DNA from: Tidjanibacter sp.
GTDB taxonomy: Bacteria > Bacteroidota > Bacteroidia > Bacteroidales > Rikenellaceae
Direction: 5' to 3'
Length of the DNA: 64,000 nucleotides
NCBI GenBank assembly: GCA_045633985.1
Contig: JAZQZI010000020.1
Span: forward strand, 1,442-65,441
The notes under the pieces are model-generated. The model was not told the origin of the DNA and did not search any database. It saw nothing but the letters and a program-made list of their open reading frames with translations. Shown piece by piece: positions 55,225-64,000 of the stretch (its first letter is position 1; each line of letters starts with the position of its first letter). The translations under genes and the position numbers were made by a program.

Positions 55225-56067
55225 TTAGCGCTCCAGGTAGATGCGCTCGCCCGCAATCACGCTCTTCTCCTTGGGCATATCGTTGATGCGGCGAAGGGCT
55301 CTCACCGAGATACCCACAGCGTCGGCCACACGGGAGAGGTTGTCGCCCTCGGAGGCCACCACATAGCGGCGACCACCCTCGGCATAAACACCATAGCCCC
55401 CCACCTTATGAATGGCAACCCTGTGGTTGTCGATGTTCACACGGTGCACAGGTGCTACCACGGGGCTCTCCACACTCTCGGGGGCCTTCTCCACCTCGGG
55501 CGCAGGGGTCGTAGTCGTGGGGGTCACATAGTCGGCCAGCAGGGCATTGTCGTAGCGGAAGAGTTCATACTCCTCAATAATCTTGATGAGCAGCTCCGCA
55601 TAGCGGGGGTTTGTGGCATAGCCCGCCTTCTTGAGGCCGTGGGCCCACCCCTTATAATCCTTGGGGTCGAGGTCGAACAACGGGCGGTACCACTTGCGCT
55701 CGGAGAGTATCAGCGAGTGGTCGATGTAGCTCTCCTCCACCGAGTCGTAGGCCCTGAAGCACTCCTGCAGGGCGTCGTCATCGTGACGCACCGAGCGACC
55801 CTCCCACGAGGAGCCACACTTTATGCCGAAGTGATTGTTGGCCTCGGTGGCCAGGCGGCTGTTGCCATTGCCCGACTCCAAAAGGCCCTGAGCCAAAGTG
55901 ATACTCGCAGGTATGCCATAGAGGGTCTGCTGCTCCACAGCCAAGGGTGCATAGCGCTCGATGTACTCCTTGCGGGTCATCTTCGCCTGCTGCTGGCCGC
56001 TGGCCGAAAGGCACCCGCCACACAAGGCAAGCACCACAACCACTATCTTTACAATATCCCTACACAT
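55225..56067 (-). CDS. glucosaminidase (GH73-like) with C-terminal LysM domain
   Basis: ATG at 56067 gives a signal peptide (MCRDIVKIVVVVLALCGGCLSASG). It has the GH73 motif ITLAQGLLESGNG...NNHFGIK and a C-terminal LysM segment (YVVASEGDNLSRVADAVGISVRALRRIN). A TATCTTTG -7 box lies at 56099-56106 on the minus strand. Confidence 0.8.
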   Translation of the reverse strand: MCRDIVKIVVVVLALCGGCLSASGQQQAKMTRKEYIERYAPLAVEQQTLYGIPASITLAQGLLESGNGNSRLATEANNHFGIKCGSSWEGRSVRHDDDALQECFRAYDSVEESYIDHSLILSERKWYRPLFDLDPKDYKGWAHGLKKAGYATNPRYAELLIKIIEEYELFRYDNALLADYVTPTTTTPAPEVEKAPESVESPVVAPVHRVNIDNHRVAIHKVGGYGVYAEGGRRYVVASEGDNLSRVADAVGISVRALRRINDMPKEKSVIAGERIYLER

Positions 56068-56189
56068 ACCGTCGTTCTGAAATTGGTCACTTTGGGGACA
56101 AAGATAGCTATTTTTTAGATACTCCCTCATTTTTGGTGGCCCGCTTTTAGAATTTTTATACCTTTGTGGCACAAACAGCCCTCCACACA

Positions 56190-57269
56190 ATGGTACGCTC
56201 ACCTCTCCGACACATACTCATCATCCGACTCGGAAGCCTCAAGCAGACAGCCATCTGCGTCCACTCACTCCGTGGGCTCACCCGTGATTTCCCCGAACTG
56301 AAAGTCACCGTGCTCACACTCAGCATCCACCGCCCCCTCTTCGCAGGCGTGGAGGGACTGGAATTTATCTATGCCGACGAGGAGTGTTACAAAGGTTTTG
56401 GGGGAAAGTTACGCCTGTGGTGGAGGCTCCAAAAGCTCGGGGCCGATGCCCTGGCCGACCTTACAGCCACACCCCTCGCACGACTCCTCTCCTTCAGCCT
56501 CACACCCTGGAGGCGCAAGAGTGTCCGCATCTCACGCCGACGACCCGAAGGTCGAGAGCTCACACGCAAATACCGCAAAGTGCTCGTGCAGCTCACCCCC
56601 ACCGCTACCCGCATACGTGATCTCTTCGCCACCCTCGGCCTCCCCTTCAATATGCCCGCACCCCCACGTCGCAACCGCACAACACCACTCCCCGAGGCGG
56701 TGGAGAGAGTTGTGGGAGGCAAGACTGAAAAGAGTATCGGCGTAGCCCTGCCCTCCCCCAACCACGGCACCTGCTACCCCCTACCCCTCGCCTGCAAGCT
56801 CATAGAGCAACTCGCCGGGCTCTACCCCCGTGTGGTGGTCTTCGGCCAGGGTGAGTATCAGCGCCAATTTGCCGAGGGTATGCACTCTCTCCACGAAAAT
56901 GTGGTGTCGGCAGTCGGCAAGTTCTCGCTTGAGGAGGAGATGACGCTCATCGCCTCCCTCGATGTGGTGGTGACCATCGACAGCGGCCTACTGCGCCTTG
57001 CCTCTCTATTGGGCACTCCCGCCGTGTCGCTGTGGGGCGCCACCCACCCCTTCCTGGAGTCGAGCGGCTACGGGCAAGACCCCCTGAATGCCATTCAGCA
57101 CGATATGCCCTGTCGCCCCTGCTCCTCGTCGGGCAAGCGAAAATGCCTCACGGGACGCTACGAATGTATGCACTCCATCACCCCCGAGGAGGTGATCAAG
57201 AGGGTGAAAACCATCGCCCGCCCACCCCGCAAAGCCAACTTCACCCCAAAAACCGATGTTAATTCTTAA
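56190..57269 (+). CDS. glycosyltransferase family 9 (heptosyltransferase-like)
   Basis: ATG at 56190 (MVRSPLRHILIIRLGSLK...) with the C-terminal GT9 pattern (TIDSGLLRLASLLGTP...LWG). A TACCTTTG -7 box at 56159-56166 argues against the GTG at 56166. Confidence 0.75.
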   Translation: MVRSPLRHILIIRLGSLKQTAICVHSLRGLTRDFPELKVTVLTLSIHRPLFAGVEGLEFIYADEECYKGFGGKLRLWWRLQKLGADALADLTATPLARLLSFSLTPWRRKSVRISRRRPEGRELTRKYRKVLVQLTPTATRIRDLFATLGLPFNMPAPPRRNRTTPLPEAVERVVGGKTEKSIGVALPSPNHGTCYPLPLACKLIEQLAGLYPRVVVFGQGEYQRQFAEGMHSLHENVVSAVGKFSLEEEMTLIASLDVVVTIDSGLLRLASLLGTPAVSLWGATHPFLESSGYGQDPLNAIQHDMPCRPCSSSGKRKCLTGRYECMHSITPEEVIKRVKTIARPPRKANFTPKTDVNS

Positions 57270-57388
57270 AAAATTTTACTATTAGTTTGAAAGTTTATTA
57301 CCTACTGCATATCAACCACTTATGAACACATAACATCCGATTTAACAGCAATTTTAATGTTAAATTATTATTAAAAAATTTTAATAAG

Positions 57389-57421
57389 TTTGGAAGTTAG
57401 GGGAAAATGCCCTTATCTTTG
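57389..57421 (+). promoter_or_regulatory. consensus Bacteroidota promoter with no ORF downstream
   Basis: -33 TTTG (57389-57392), a 21-nt spacer, and -7 TATCTTTG (57414-57421). The expected transcription start is near 57428. Confidence 0.5.
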
Positions 57422-57427
57422 CAACGA

Positions 57428-57541
57428 AGTTTTAAGGTTCATTTAGGTTAGTAGTTTTAGGTTAGTAGAAGCAGGGTTAGAAGTGATTCTATCCCCTGTT
57501 GATTAAAAGGTTACGATTTTGTTTAAATCGTAACCTTTTTT
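57428..57541 (+). ncRNA. candidate sRNA or leader transcript ending at the first module terminator
   Basis: It runs from the promoter above to the hairpin GGTTACGATTT/AAATCGTAACC (57509-57535) and its TTTTTT run. It contains the direct repeats AGGTTAGTAG x2 and no ORF. Confidence 0.3.
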
Positions 57542-57630
57542 GTTTTGTGCTAAAGGGGATAGAATCACTATCGAAGAGCCCAACGGGGTCTTCGACCAAG
57601 TCCCCCTTTGCCAAAGGGGGATTTAGGGGG
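57487..57630 (+). repeat. structured ~144-nt module, copy 1
   Basis: A long-range stem GTGATTCTATCCCCT (57483-57497) / AGGGGATAGAATCAC (57554-57568) encloses a terminator-like hairpin. It is followed by hairpins at 57571-57595 and 57601-57621. The module repeats 216 nt downstream. Confidence 0.85.
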
Positions 57631-57646
57631 AATGTAAATACGAAAC

Positions 57647-57700
57647 CTGCGGATATTGCAATGTGCTATCCACGTATGTAACAAGTTGCCATATCCGCAG
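57647..57700 (+). other. long hairpin in the spacer between the two modules
   Basis: CTGCGGATAT-t-GCAA ... TTGC-c-ATATCCGCAG, with 14 paired positions and a loop of about 24 nt. Confidence 0.7.
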
Positions 57701-57702
57701 CG

Positions 57703-57847
57703 TTCTATCCCCTGTTGATTAAAAGGTTACGATTTTGTTTAAATCGTAACCTTTTTTCTTTTTATGCCTCGGGGGATAGAATCACTATCGAAGAGTCCAA
57801 CGGGGTCTTCGACCAAGTCCCCCTTTCTCAAAGGGGAATTTAGGGTG
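57703..57847 (+). repeat. structured ~144-nt module, copy 2
   Basis: Near-identical to copy 1 in all paired segments. It diverges in the linker after the T-run and in a hairpin loop, and it has one C-to-T change that turns a G-C pair into G-U. Confidence 0.85.
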
Positions 57848-57911
57848 AAAATATACACCATTTGGCAATAAAAAATAGAGGGTATTCGTTCGCAATATTG
57901 AGTAACATCAC

Positions 57912-57919
57912 TACCTTTG
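57912..57919 (+). promoter_or_regulatory. possible -7 box (TACCTTTG) proximal to the efflux operon
   Basis: It matches TAnnTTTG about 105 nt upstream of the tolC-like ATG. No clear -33 TTTG sits at the expected spacing. Confidence 0.35.
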
Positions 57920-58025
57920 CGCCGTTAGGAATGGGAAATTCCGAAAACACCCCCTCACACTCTCACAATGAGGGTGGCTTCGACCACGATTCGAATAACA
58001 AAACAGATATTCACACAGTAGAACT

Positions 58026-59435
58026 ATGAAGAGATTTATCATTTCGCTGCTCGTTGTGTGCGGCGCCCTCTCCGTGAGTGCCCAACCCATCGAGCTATCG
58101 CTCGCCAAGTCGCTCGAAATCGCACTGTCGGACAACCCCACAATCAAGGTTGCCGATATGGAGATTGAGCGTCAGGACTGGGTCAAGAAGCAGAGCATCG
58201 GCAACCTGCTCCCCTCGGTATCCATCTCGGGACAGTACTCCTACAGCATCGTGAAGCAGGAGATGGCCAAGGGTCTTTCCTTTGGTGCCGACAACTCCAT
58301 CAGCACCTCGGCCTCCCTCACCCTTCCCCTGTTTGCTCCCGCCGTGTATGAGACACTCAAGATGAACCAGACACAGATGGAGCAGGCTGTGGAGAGTGCC
58401 CGCAGCTCCAAGATAACCCTCGCCAACGAGGTGAAGAAGGGCTACTACAACATTCTGCTGGCCGAGCAGTCGCTGGCAGTGCTCAAGGAGAGCGAGGCCT
58501 CCATCTCGGAGACCGTGAGGAACACCGAGAATATGTACAACCAGGGGTTGGCATCCGAGTATGACCTCCTCTCGGCCCAGGTGCAGCTCTCCAACCTCCG
58601 CCCCACTATTGTACAGACCGAGAACTCCATAAAGGCCTCCAAGCTCCTGTTCCGTATGTATCTGGGGCTCCCCGCCTCGGTGGACTTCACGCTTGGTGGC
58701 ACCCTCGACGACTTTGCCGAGGAGGTGGCTATGGCCACCGTACCCACCAATGAGGTAGATCTTTCGGCCAATGCCGACCTGAGGGCCCTCGACCTTCAGC
58801 GCCGACTCCTCGACCACCAGCTGCAACTTGTGAACGCTTCGAGGATGCCCACCGTGGCCGCCTTCACCAACTTCATCTTCTCCGGTAACGACAACACGAT
58901 GGACTTCGGCAGTATGATGGGCGGTATGGGCTCCGCAGGTGGCGGCACCGAGGGAGGCTCGACAGGCAGCTCCCCCTCAACCAAGAAGGAGTGGTGGTGG
59001 CAGAACCCCCTCTCGGCAGGTATCACCATAAGCATCCCCCTCTTCTCGGGTGGTAAGAATATCAATAAGGCCCACGAAATCCGCAACTCCATCTCCCAGC
59101 TCTCGCTCCAGAGGGACTACCTCGAGCAGAGCATCGGTGTGCAGGTGGAGAGTGCCTTCAATAATATTGTGGCCGCAAGGGAGAAGATGACCGCCAACGA
59201 AATCACCGTGCGTCAGGCACAGAAGGCCTACGAGATTGCCGAGGTGAGGTACAACGCCGGAACGGGCACCATCCTCGAGCTCAACTCCTCGGAGCTGTCG
59301 CTCACACAGGCCAAGCTCAACTACTCCCAAGCCATCTACGACTACCTGGCAGCACGTGCCGACTACGAGAAAATCATTGGCGAGGATTTCGAGCCCGAGG
59401 AGAGCTCCGAGCCCACAGCCGAGGTTGCCCAATAA
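58026..59435 (+). CDS. TolC-family outer-membrane efflux protein
   Basis: 469-aa ORF with a signal peptide, two tandem TolC-like repeats and a G/S-rich insert. It is the first gene of the efflux operon. Confidence 0.85.
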   Translation: MKRFIISLLVVCGALSVSAQPIELSLAKSLEIALSDNPTIKVADMEIERQDWVKKQSIGNLLPSVSISGQYSYSIVKQEMAKGLSFGADNSISTSASLTLPLFAPAVYETLKMNQTQMEQAVESARSSKITLANEVKKGYYNILLAEQSLAVLKESEASISETVRNTENMYNQGLASEYDLLSAQVQLSNLRPTIVQTENSIKASKLLFRMYLGLPASVDFTLGGTLDDFAEEVAMATVPTNEVDLSANADLRALDLQRRLLDHQLQLVNASRMPTVAAFTNFIFSGNDNTMDFGSMMGGMGSAGGGTEGGSTGSSPSTKKEWWWQNPLSAGITISIPLFSGGKNINKAHEIRNSISQLSLQRDYLEQSIGVQVESAFNNIVAAREKMTANEITVRQAQKAYEIAEVRYNAGTGTILELNSSELSLTQAKLNYSQAIYDYLAARADYEKIIGEDFEPEESSEPTAEVAQ

Positions 59436-59490
59436 CCCCACCCCGCAAAACCCAAAAGAGATAGAAATAATAACGTATATATAAATAGGT

Positions 59491-60528
59491 ATGAAACGAC
59501 TTGCAATTATTGCCCTCACCGCTTCGCTCTTTACCCTCACCTCGTGTGACAGGAGCGCCAAGAGTTCCGAGGCACAAACTACCCAGACCCAGGAGGTACT
59601 CACCAAAGTTGCTCCCGTAATGAAGCAAGAGGTGGCCGAGAGTGTGGACTTCACAACCACCCTCCTCCCCTACAAAAAGAGTTTTATCACTCCCCAGATG
59701 TCGCTCCGCATCGACGAGATTCGTGTGGAGGTGGGCGACAAGGTGAAGAGTGGCCAGGTTGTCGCTATGCTCGACAAGAACCAATACAACCAATCGGCCG
59801 TGCAGCTGCGCAATGCCGAGCAGAACCTCAAACGTATGAGGAGTGTCTATGAGGCAGGTGGTGTGAGCAAGTCGCAAATCGACGAGCTGGAGACCTCCGT
59901 GACCGTACTGCGTGAAACCGTTGCCAACCTGGAGCGCAACATAGAGCTCCGCAGCCCCTTCGATGGCATCATCACCGGTCGCTACAACGAGCCCGGCGAC
60001 CTGTTTGCTATGGCCGGCAATGCCGATGGTGGCATAGGTGTGTTGCAGGTGATGCAGATTAACAAGCTGAAGGCAGTGGTTGCCATCTCGGAGAAGTACT
60101 ACCCCCAGGTTTATAAGGGTATGAAGGTGGAGATTGTGGCCGACGTCTATCCCGACAAGGTGTTTGAGGGTACTGTAAACATCGTCTATCCCGCCATCAA
60201 CTCCGCCACCCACACTTTTAATGTAGAGATTGTGGTGCCTAATGGACAGGAGATTTTGAGGCCCGGTATGTTCGCCCGCACCGAGTTCAATATGGGCAAC
60301 CGTATGAGCCTCACCGTGCCCGATGTGGCTGTGCAGAAGCAGATGGGTGTGAACGACCGCTACGTATATATTGTGAAGAACGGCGTTGCCGAGCGCAGGG
60401 TTGTAACCCTCGGTCGTCAGGTGGGCGACCGAGTGGAGATTCTCTCGGGCGTGGCAGAGGGTGAAGAGGTTGCCATCACCGCCCTCTCCCGCATCAAAAA
60501 CGGTACTCCCGTGAAGATTGTCGAGTAG
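59491..60528 (+). CDS. efflux RND periplasmic adaptor (membrane fusion protein)
   Basis: 345-aa ORF with a lipoprotein signal (LTSC) and a biotinyl-lipoyl/hairpin/beta-barrel HlyD-like pattern. Confidence 0.88.
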   Translation: MKRLAIIALTASLFTLTSCDRSAKSSEAQTTQTQEVLTKVAPVMKQEVAESVDFTTTLLPYKKSFITPQMSLRIDEIRVEVGDKVKSGQVVAMLDKNQYNQSAVQLRNAEQNLKRMRSVYEAGGVSKSQIDELETSVTVLRETVANLERNIELRSPFDGIITGRYNEPGDLFAMAGNADGGIGVLQVMQINKLKAVVAISEKYYPQVYKGMKVEIVADVYPDKVFEGTVNIVYPAINSATHTFNVEIVVPNGQEILRPGMFARTEFNMGNRMSLTVPDVAVQKQMGVNDRYVYIVKNGVAERRVVTLGRQVGDRVEILSGVAEGEEVAITALSRIKNGTPVKIVE

Positions 60529-60591
60529 CCCTAACCCCAAAAAGAGAACAGCTACCCTTTTTAAAAACAGAGCACTGAAGAACAGAAAACA

Positions 60592-63500
60592 ATGAAAATA
60601 TACGAAACCTCTGTCAAAAAGCCCATCTCAACGGCCCTCATCTTTGTGGCCGTGATAGTCTTTGGCCTCTATTCGCTCAAGAATCTGGCCATCGACCAGC
60701 TCCCCGAGATGGACCTCCCCTCGATTTCGGTCATCACCACCTACACGGGTGCCAACGCCGAGGATATCGAGAACAACATCACACGACGCATCGAGGACGG
60801 ACTCAACACCGTAAGCAACCTCAAGGAGATTACCTCCCGCTCGAGCGACGGAGTGTCGCTTGTGTCGCTGGAGTTTGAGTGGGGCACCAACCTCGACGAA
60901 GCCTCCAACGATATCCGTGACGCACTTGGCAGGCTTACGGACTACCTGCCCGAGGATGCCGAGGAGCCCATCCTCTTCCGCTTCAACTCGTCGATGATGC
61001 CCATTATGGGCTTCTCCATTACCGCTGAGGAGAGCTACCCCGCACTCAACAAAATCCTCGAGGAGCAGTTCGTAAACCGCCTGAGCCGCATCGACGGTGT
61101 GGGCTCGGTGAGCGTTATGGGTGCCCCCGTGAGGGAGATTCAGGTGAATGTCGATCCCGTGAAGATGGAGGCCTATGGCCTCTCGGTGGAGCAGATTGGC
61201 AGCATCATCGCCCAGGAGAACATCAACACCTCGGGCGGTGTGCTCGACATCGGCAACCACACCTACAACCTCAAGGCCGACAGCGAGTTCACCTCCTCCG
61301 ACGACCTGAAAACAATCCTCATCAGCAACCTCAATGGCCAGGAGATATACCTCCGCGACATCGCCGAAATCAAGGATACACTCGAGAAGCAGACCCTCGA
61401 TGAGCGAATGAACGGCAAGTTGGGTGTGAGGGTGATGATTCAGAAGCAGTCGGGTGCCAACACTGTGCGCATCGTGGAGAAGGTGAAGAAGATGTTGCCC
61501 GACATCCAGAAAAACCTCCCCTCGGATATCACCATACACCTGCTCAGCGACTCCTCGAAAAACATCAAGGACTCCATCAGCACCCTCACAGACACTGTGA
61601 TGTTCGCCTTCCTGTTTGTGATTTTGGTGGTCCTCTTCTTCCTGGGCAGGTGGAGAGCAACGCTGATTATCTGCCTCACCATCCCCATCTCGCTGATTGT
61701 GGCCTTCATCTACCTCAACCTCACAGGTGGTACGCTCAACATCATCTCCCTCTCGTCGCTCTCTATTGCGATTGGTATGGTGGTGGACGACGCCATTGTG
61801 GTGCTTGAGAACATCACCACCCACATAGAGAAGGGCTCCAAGCCCCGTGAGGCGGCCATCTATGGTACCAACGAGGTGTGGCTGTCGGTTATCGCCACCA
61901 CCCTGGTGGTTGTTGCCGTATTCCTCCCCCTCACAATGGTGAAGGGTATGGCTGGTGTGATGTTTAAGCAGCTGGGGTGGATTGTGTCGCTGGTGGTATC
62001 GACCTCCACCGTGGCGGCCATCACCCTCACCCCTATGCTCTCGGCTCTTATGCTCCGCATAGAGAACAACCAACACACCTACAAGGGTATAAGCGCCATC
62101 TACAAACCTATCGATAGGTTCCTCGCCTGGCTCGATGGTGCCTACGACAAGTTGCTCCAGTGGGCCCTCCGCCACAAGAAACTCATCTTCTTTGCCCCTA
62201 TGGCCCTTCTGGCCGTAGGCGTGTGGCTATTTGCGACCAAGATTCCCACAGAGTTTATGCCCAGCAGCGACGGCGACAGTATGAGTGCCACCGTGACCCT
62301 CGACCAAAACCTCGGCGTGGAGTACACCACAGCCGTGGCTCGTCGTATCGACTCGATTGTCTATGCCAAATATCCCGAGGTTATGTTGCTCTCCACAAGT
62401 GCCGGTTCGTCGAGCTCGTCGAATGTGTTTGCAGCAATGAGCACCACCGGTAGCAACATCATCAACTACACCTTCCGACTCACCGACCCCCAGGATAGGG
62501 AGCGTACCGTATTCGAGATTGCCGATGAGTTCCGTGCCGACCTGGCCACCATCCCCGAGATTAAACGCTCCACGGTGAGTGCCGGCGGCGGTATGGGCGG
62601 TATGATGGGAGGTGGCAGCTCCGTGCAGCTGCAGATTTTCGGCCACGATCTGGAGCTTACCAGCGGCATCGCCGACGACCTTGTGGCACAGTTCTCCCAG
62701 CTGGAGGGTGCACGAGATGTACGCCTGTCGAGGGATGATATGAGGCCCGAGTACAACGTGGAGTTCGACCGCAACAAACTCGCCTACTATGGGCTCAACA
62801 CCTCCACCGTGGCAACCGCCATCCGCAACCGCATAAATGGTATGACCGCCTCCATCTATCGTGAGGATGGCGAGGAGTACTACATCAAGGTGCGCTACGC
62901 CGAGGAGCATCGCACATCGCTCGAAGATGTTGAAAACATCCTCGTCTATAACTCCCGAGGTCAGGGCGTTAGGGTGCGAGATTTGGGCCGTGTGACCGAG
63001 GTGTATGCACCCCCCACCATCGAGCGTGACAACCGACAGAGACTCGTGACCGTCACCGTGGCTCTGGGTAACAATGTGGCCCTGGGCGATATGGTGGAGC
63101 GTGTGGAGGGCGTGCTGGACAACTACCCCCTGCCCGAGGATGTCTATATCGACATCGGTGGCGACTATGAGGACCAGAAGGAGTCCTTCTCGGAGCTGGG
63201 AACACTTATGCTACTCATCGTACTACTCGTGTATATCGTTATGGCCACCCAGTTTGAGTCGTTCGTAATGCCCTTCATCATAATGTTCACCATTCTCTAT
63301 GCACTGCCCGGTACGGCCATCGCCCTGTGGGCCACCAACACCCCCCTCAGCCTTATGGCACTCATCGCCGTGGTGATGCTGATTGGTATTGTTGTGAAGA
63401 ACGGTATTGTTATGGTGGACTTCACCAACCTCCTCAGGGAGAGGGGTGTGAGTATGTACGACGCAGTGTTGGCAGCCGGAAAGAGCCGTCTGAGGCCCGT

Positions 63501-63762
63501 GCTTATGACATCACTCACCACCATTCTCGGTATGTTGCCCCTGGCAATCGGTATGGGTAACGGTGCGGAGATGTGGCAGCCTATGGGTATCGCCATCATC
63601 GGCGGTCTGACCCTCTCCACCATCCTCACCCTCGTGGCAGTGCCAATCCTCTACTACGTATTTATGGGCCGCAGCGAGCGCTGGAACGCACGCCGCAAAG
63701 CCCGCAAACAGCAGGCCTATGAGGAGAAAATGAGGGCTATCGCCGAGAGAGATAACAACTAA
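60592..63762 (+). CDS. efflux RND transporter permease (AcrB/HAE1-like)
   Basis: 1056-aa ORF with 12-TM and two-large-loop architecture and the conserved GMVVDDAIVVLENI motif. Confidence 0.92.
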   Translation: MKIYETSVKKPISTALIFVAVIVFGLYSLKNLAIDQLPEMDLPSISVITTYTGANAEDIENNITRRIEDGLNTVSNLKEITSRSSDGVSLVSLEFEWGTNLDEASNDIRDALGRLTDYLPEDAEEPILFRFNSSMMPIMGFSITAEESYPALNKILEEQFVNRLSRIDGVGSVSVMGAPVREIQVNVDPVKMEAYGLSVEQIGSIIAQENINTSGGVLDIGNHTYNLKADSEFTSSDDLKTILISNLNGQEIYLRDIAEIKDTLEKQTLDERMNGKLGVRVMIQKQSGANTVRIVEKVKKMLPDIQKNLPSDITIHLLSDSSKNIKDSISTLTDTVMFAFLFVILVVLFFLGRWRATLIICLTIPISLIVAFIYLNLTGGTLNIISLSSLSIAIGMVVDDAIVVLENITTHIEKGSKPREAAIYGTNEVWLSVIATTLVVVAVFLPLTMVKGMAGVMFKQLGWIVSLVVSTSTVAAITLTPMLSALMLRIENNQHTYKGISAIYKPIDRFLAWLDGAYDKLLQWALRHKKLIFFAPMALLAVGVWLFATKIPTEFMPSSDGDSMSATVTLDQNLGVEYTTAVARRIDSIVYAKYPEVMLLSTSAGSSSSSNVFAAMSTTGSNIINYTFRLTDPQDRERTVFEIADEFRADLATIPEIKRSTVSAGGGMGGMMGGGSSVQLQIFGHDLELTSGIADDLVAQFSQLEGARDVRLSRDDMRPEYNVEFDRNKLAYYGLNTSTVATAIRNRINGMTASIYREDGEEYYIKVRYAEEHRTSLEDVENILVYNSRGQGVRVRDLGRVTEVYAPPTIERDNRQRLVTVTVALGNNVALGDMVERVEGVLDNYPLPEDVYIDIGGDYEDQKESFSELGTLMLLIVLLVYIVMATQFESFVMPFIIMFTILYALPGTAIALWATNTPLSLMALIAVVMLIGIVVKNGIVMVDFTNLLRERGVSMYDAVLAAGKSRLRPVLMTSLTTILGMLPLAIGMGNGAEMWQPMGIAIIGGLTLSTILTLVAVPILYYVFMGRSERWNARRKARKQQAYEEKMRAIAERDNN

Positions 63763-63777
63763 AAACACCCCGAAACA

Positions 63778-64000
63778 ATGAAAGCACTATTTATATCCTA
63801 TAATCAGGCAACCACCGAGCGCATAAACGATATGCTCGACCGCCTGGAGATACGTGGCTACACCCTCTTCCCCCTCACCTACGGTAGGGGAAGCGCCACC
63901 GGTGAGCCCCATATGGGCAACCACACTTGGCCCGCTATGAACTCCACCATCATTGCGATGGTGGAGGATGCCAAGGTGGAGCCCGCCCTCGAAGCACTCC
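63778..64000 (+). CDS. small transporter-associated protein (PG0541-like), 3'-truncated by the window end
   Basis: ATG at 63778 (MKALFISYNQATTERINDMLDRLEIRGYTLFPL...). It remains open to the window end and lies 15 nt after the RND pump stop. The naming is from memory of Bacteroidota annotations. Confidence 0.5.
   Translation, partial: MKALFISYNQATTERINDMLDRLEIRGYTLFPLTYGRGSATGEPHMGNHTWPAMNSTIIAMVEDAKVEPALEAL

Overview
This 64-kb window looks like a chromosomal segment of a Bacteroidota genome, probably Bacteroidales. The evidence for that is TAnnTTTG-type -7 promoter boxes, a PorX-type regulator, a MurF-Alr fusion, the rpoZ-bamD and xerC-hpf neighbourhoods, a GlsB/GlsA-like lipid pair and SusE/F-like lipoprotein features. 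I cannot assign a species. G+C was not computed. Spot counts of single 60-nt lines give about 57-65 % in core genes.

About 50 genes are mostly housekeeping: truB, uppP, ftsX, rarA, mutS2, murF-alr, argS, rpmI-rplT, rsgA, dapF, recN, rpoZ, bamD, xerC, hpf, a PiT transporter and a TolC/RND efflux operon.

Accessory content is small:
- A low-GC type II restriction-modification islet (C5 methyltransferase then a PD-(D/E)xK nuclease) sits between an lptD-like gene and mutS2, with gaps of about 43 and 21 nt.
- An Avd-like four-helix-bundle gene is bracketed by 9-mer arrays.
- A low-GC multi-CBM lipoprotein gene is preceded by an unlisted 44-aa ORF.

The most unusual signals are non-coding:
1. A composite intergenic element has three full copies and one truncated copy. 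Its roughly 90-nt core holds two hairpins that are kept by compensatory changes. The core is flanked by (AAAATTC)n arrays and by inverted arrays of the 9-mer GGAGTTATA.
2. A tandemly duplicated, roughly 144-nt, highly structured module contains a terminator. It lies downstream of a consensus promoter with no ORF and upstream of the efflux operon.
3. Orphan promoter/terminator pairs suggest small RNAs.

I recognise none of these as a described family. All of them need computational or experimental confirmation. Hairpin and promoter coordinates were counted by hand and may be off by 1-2 nt.
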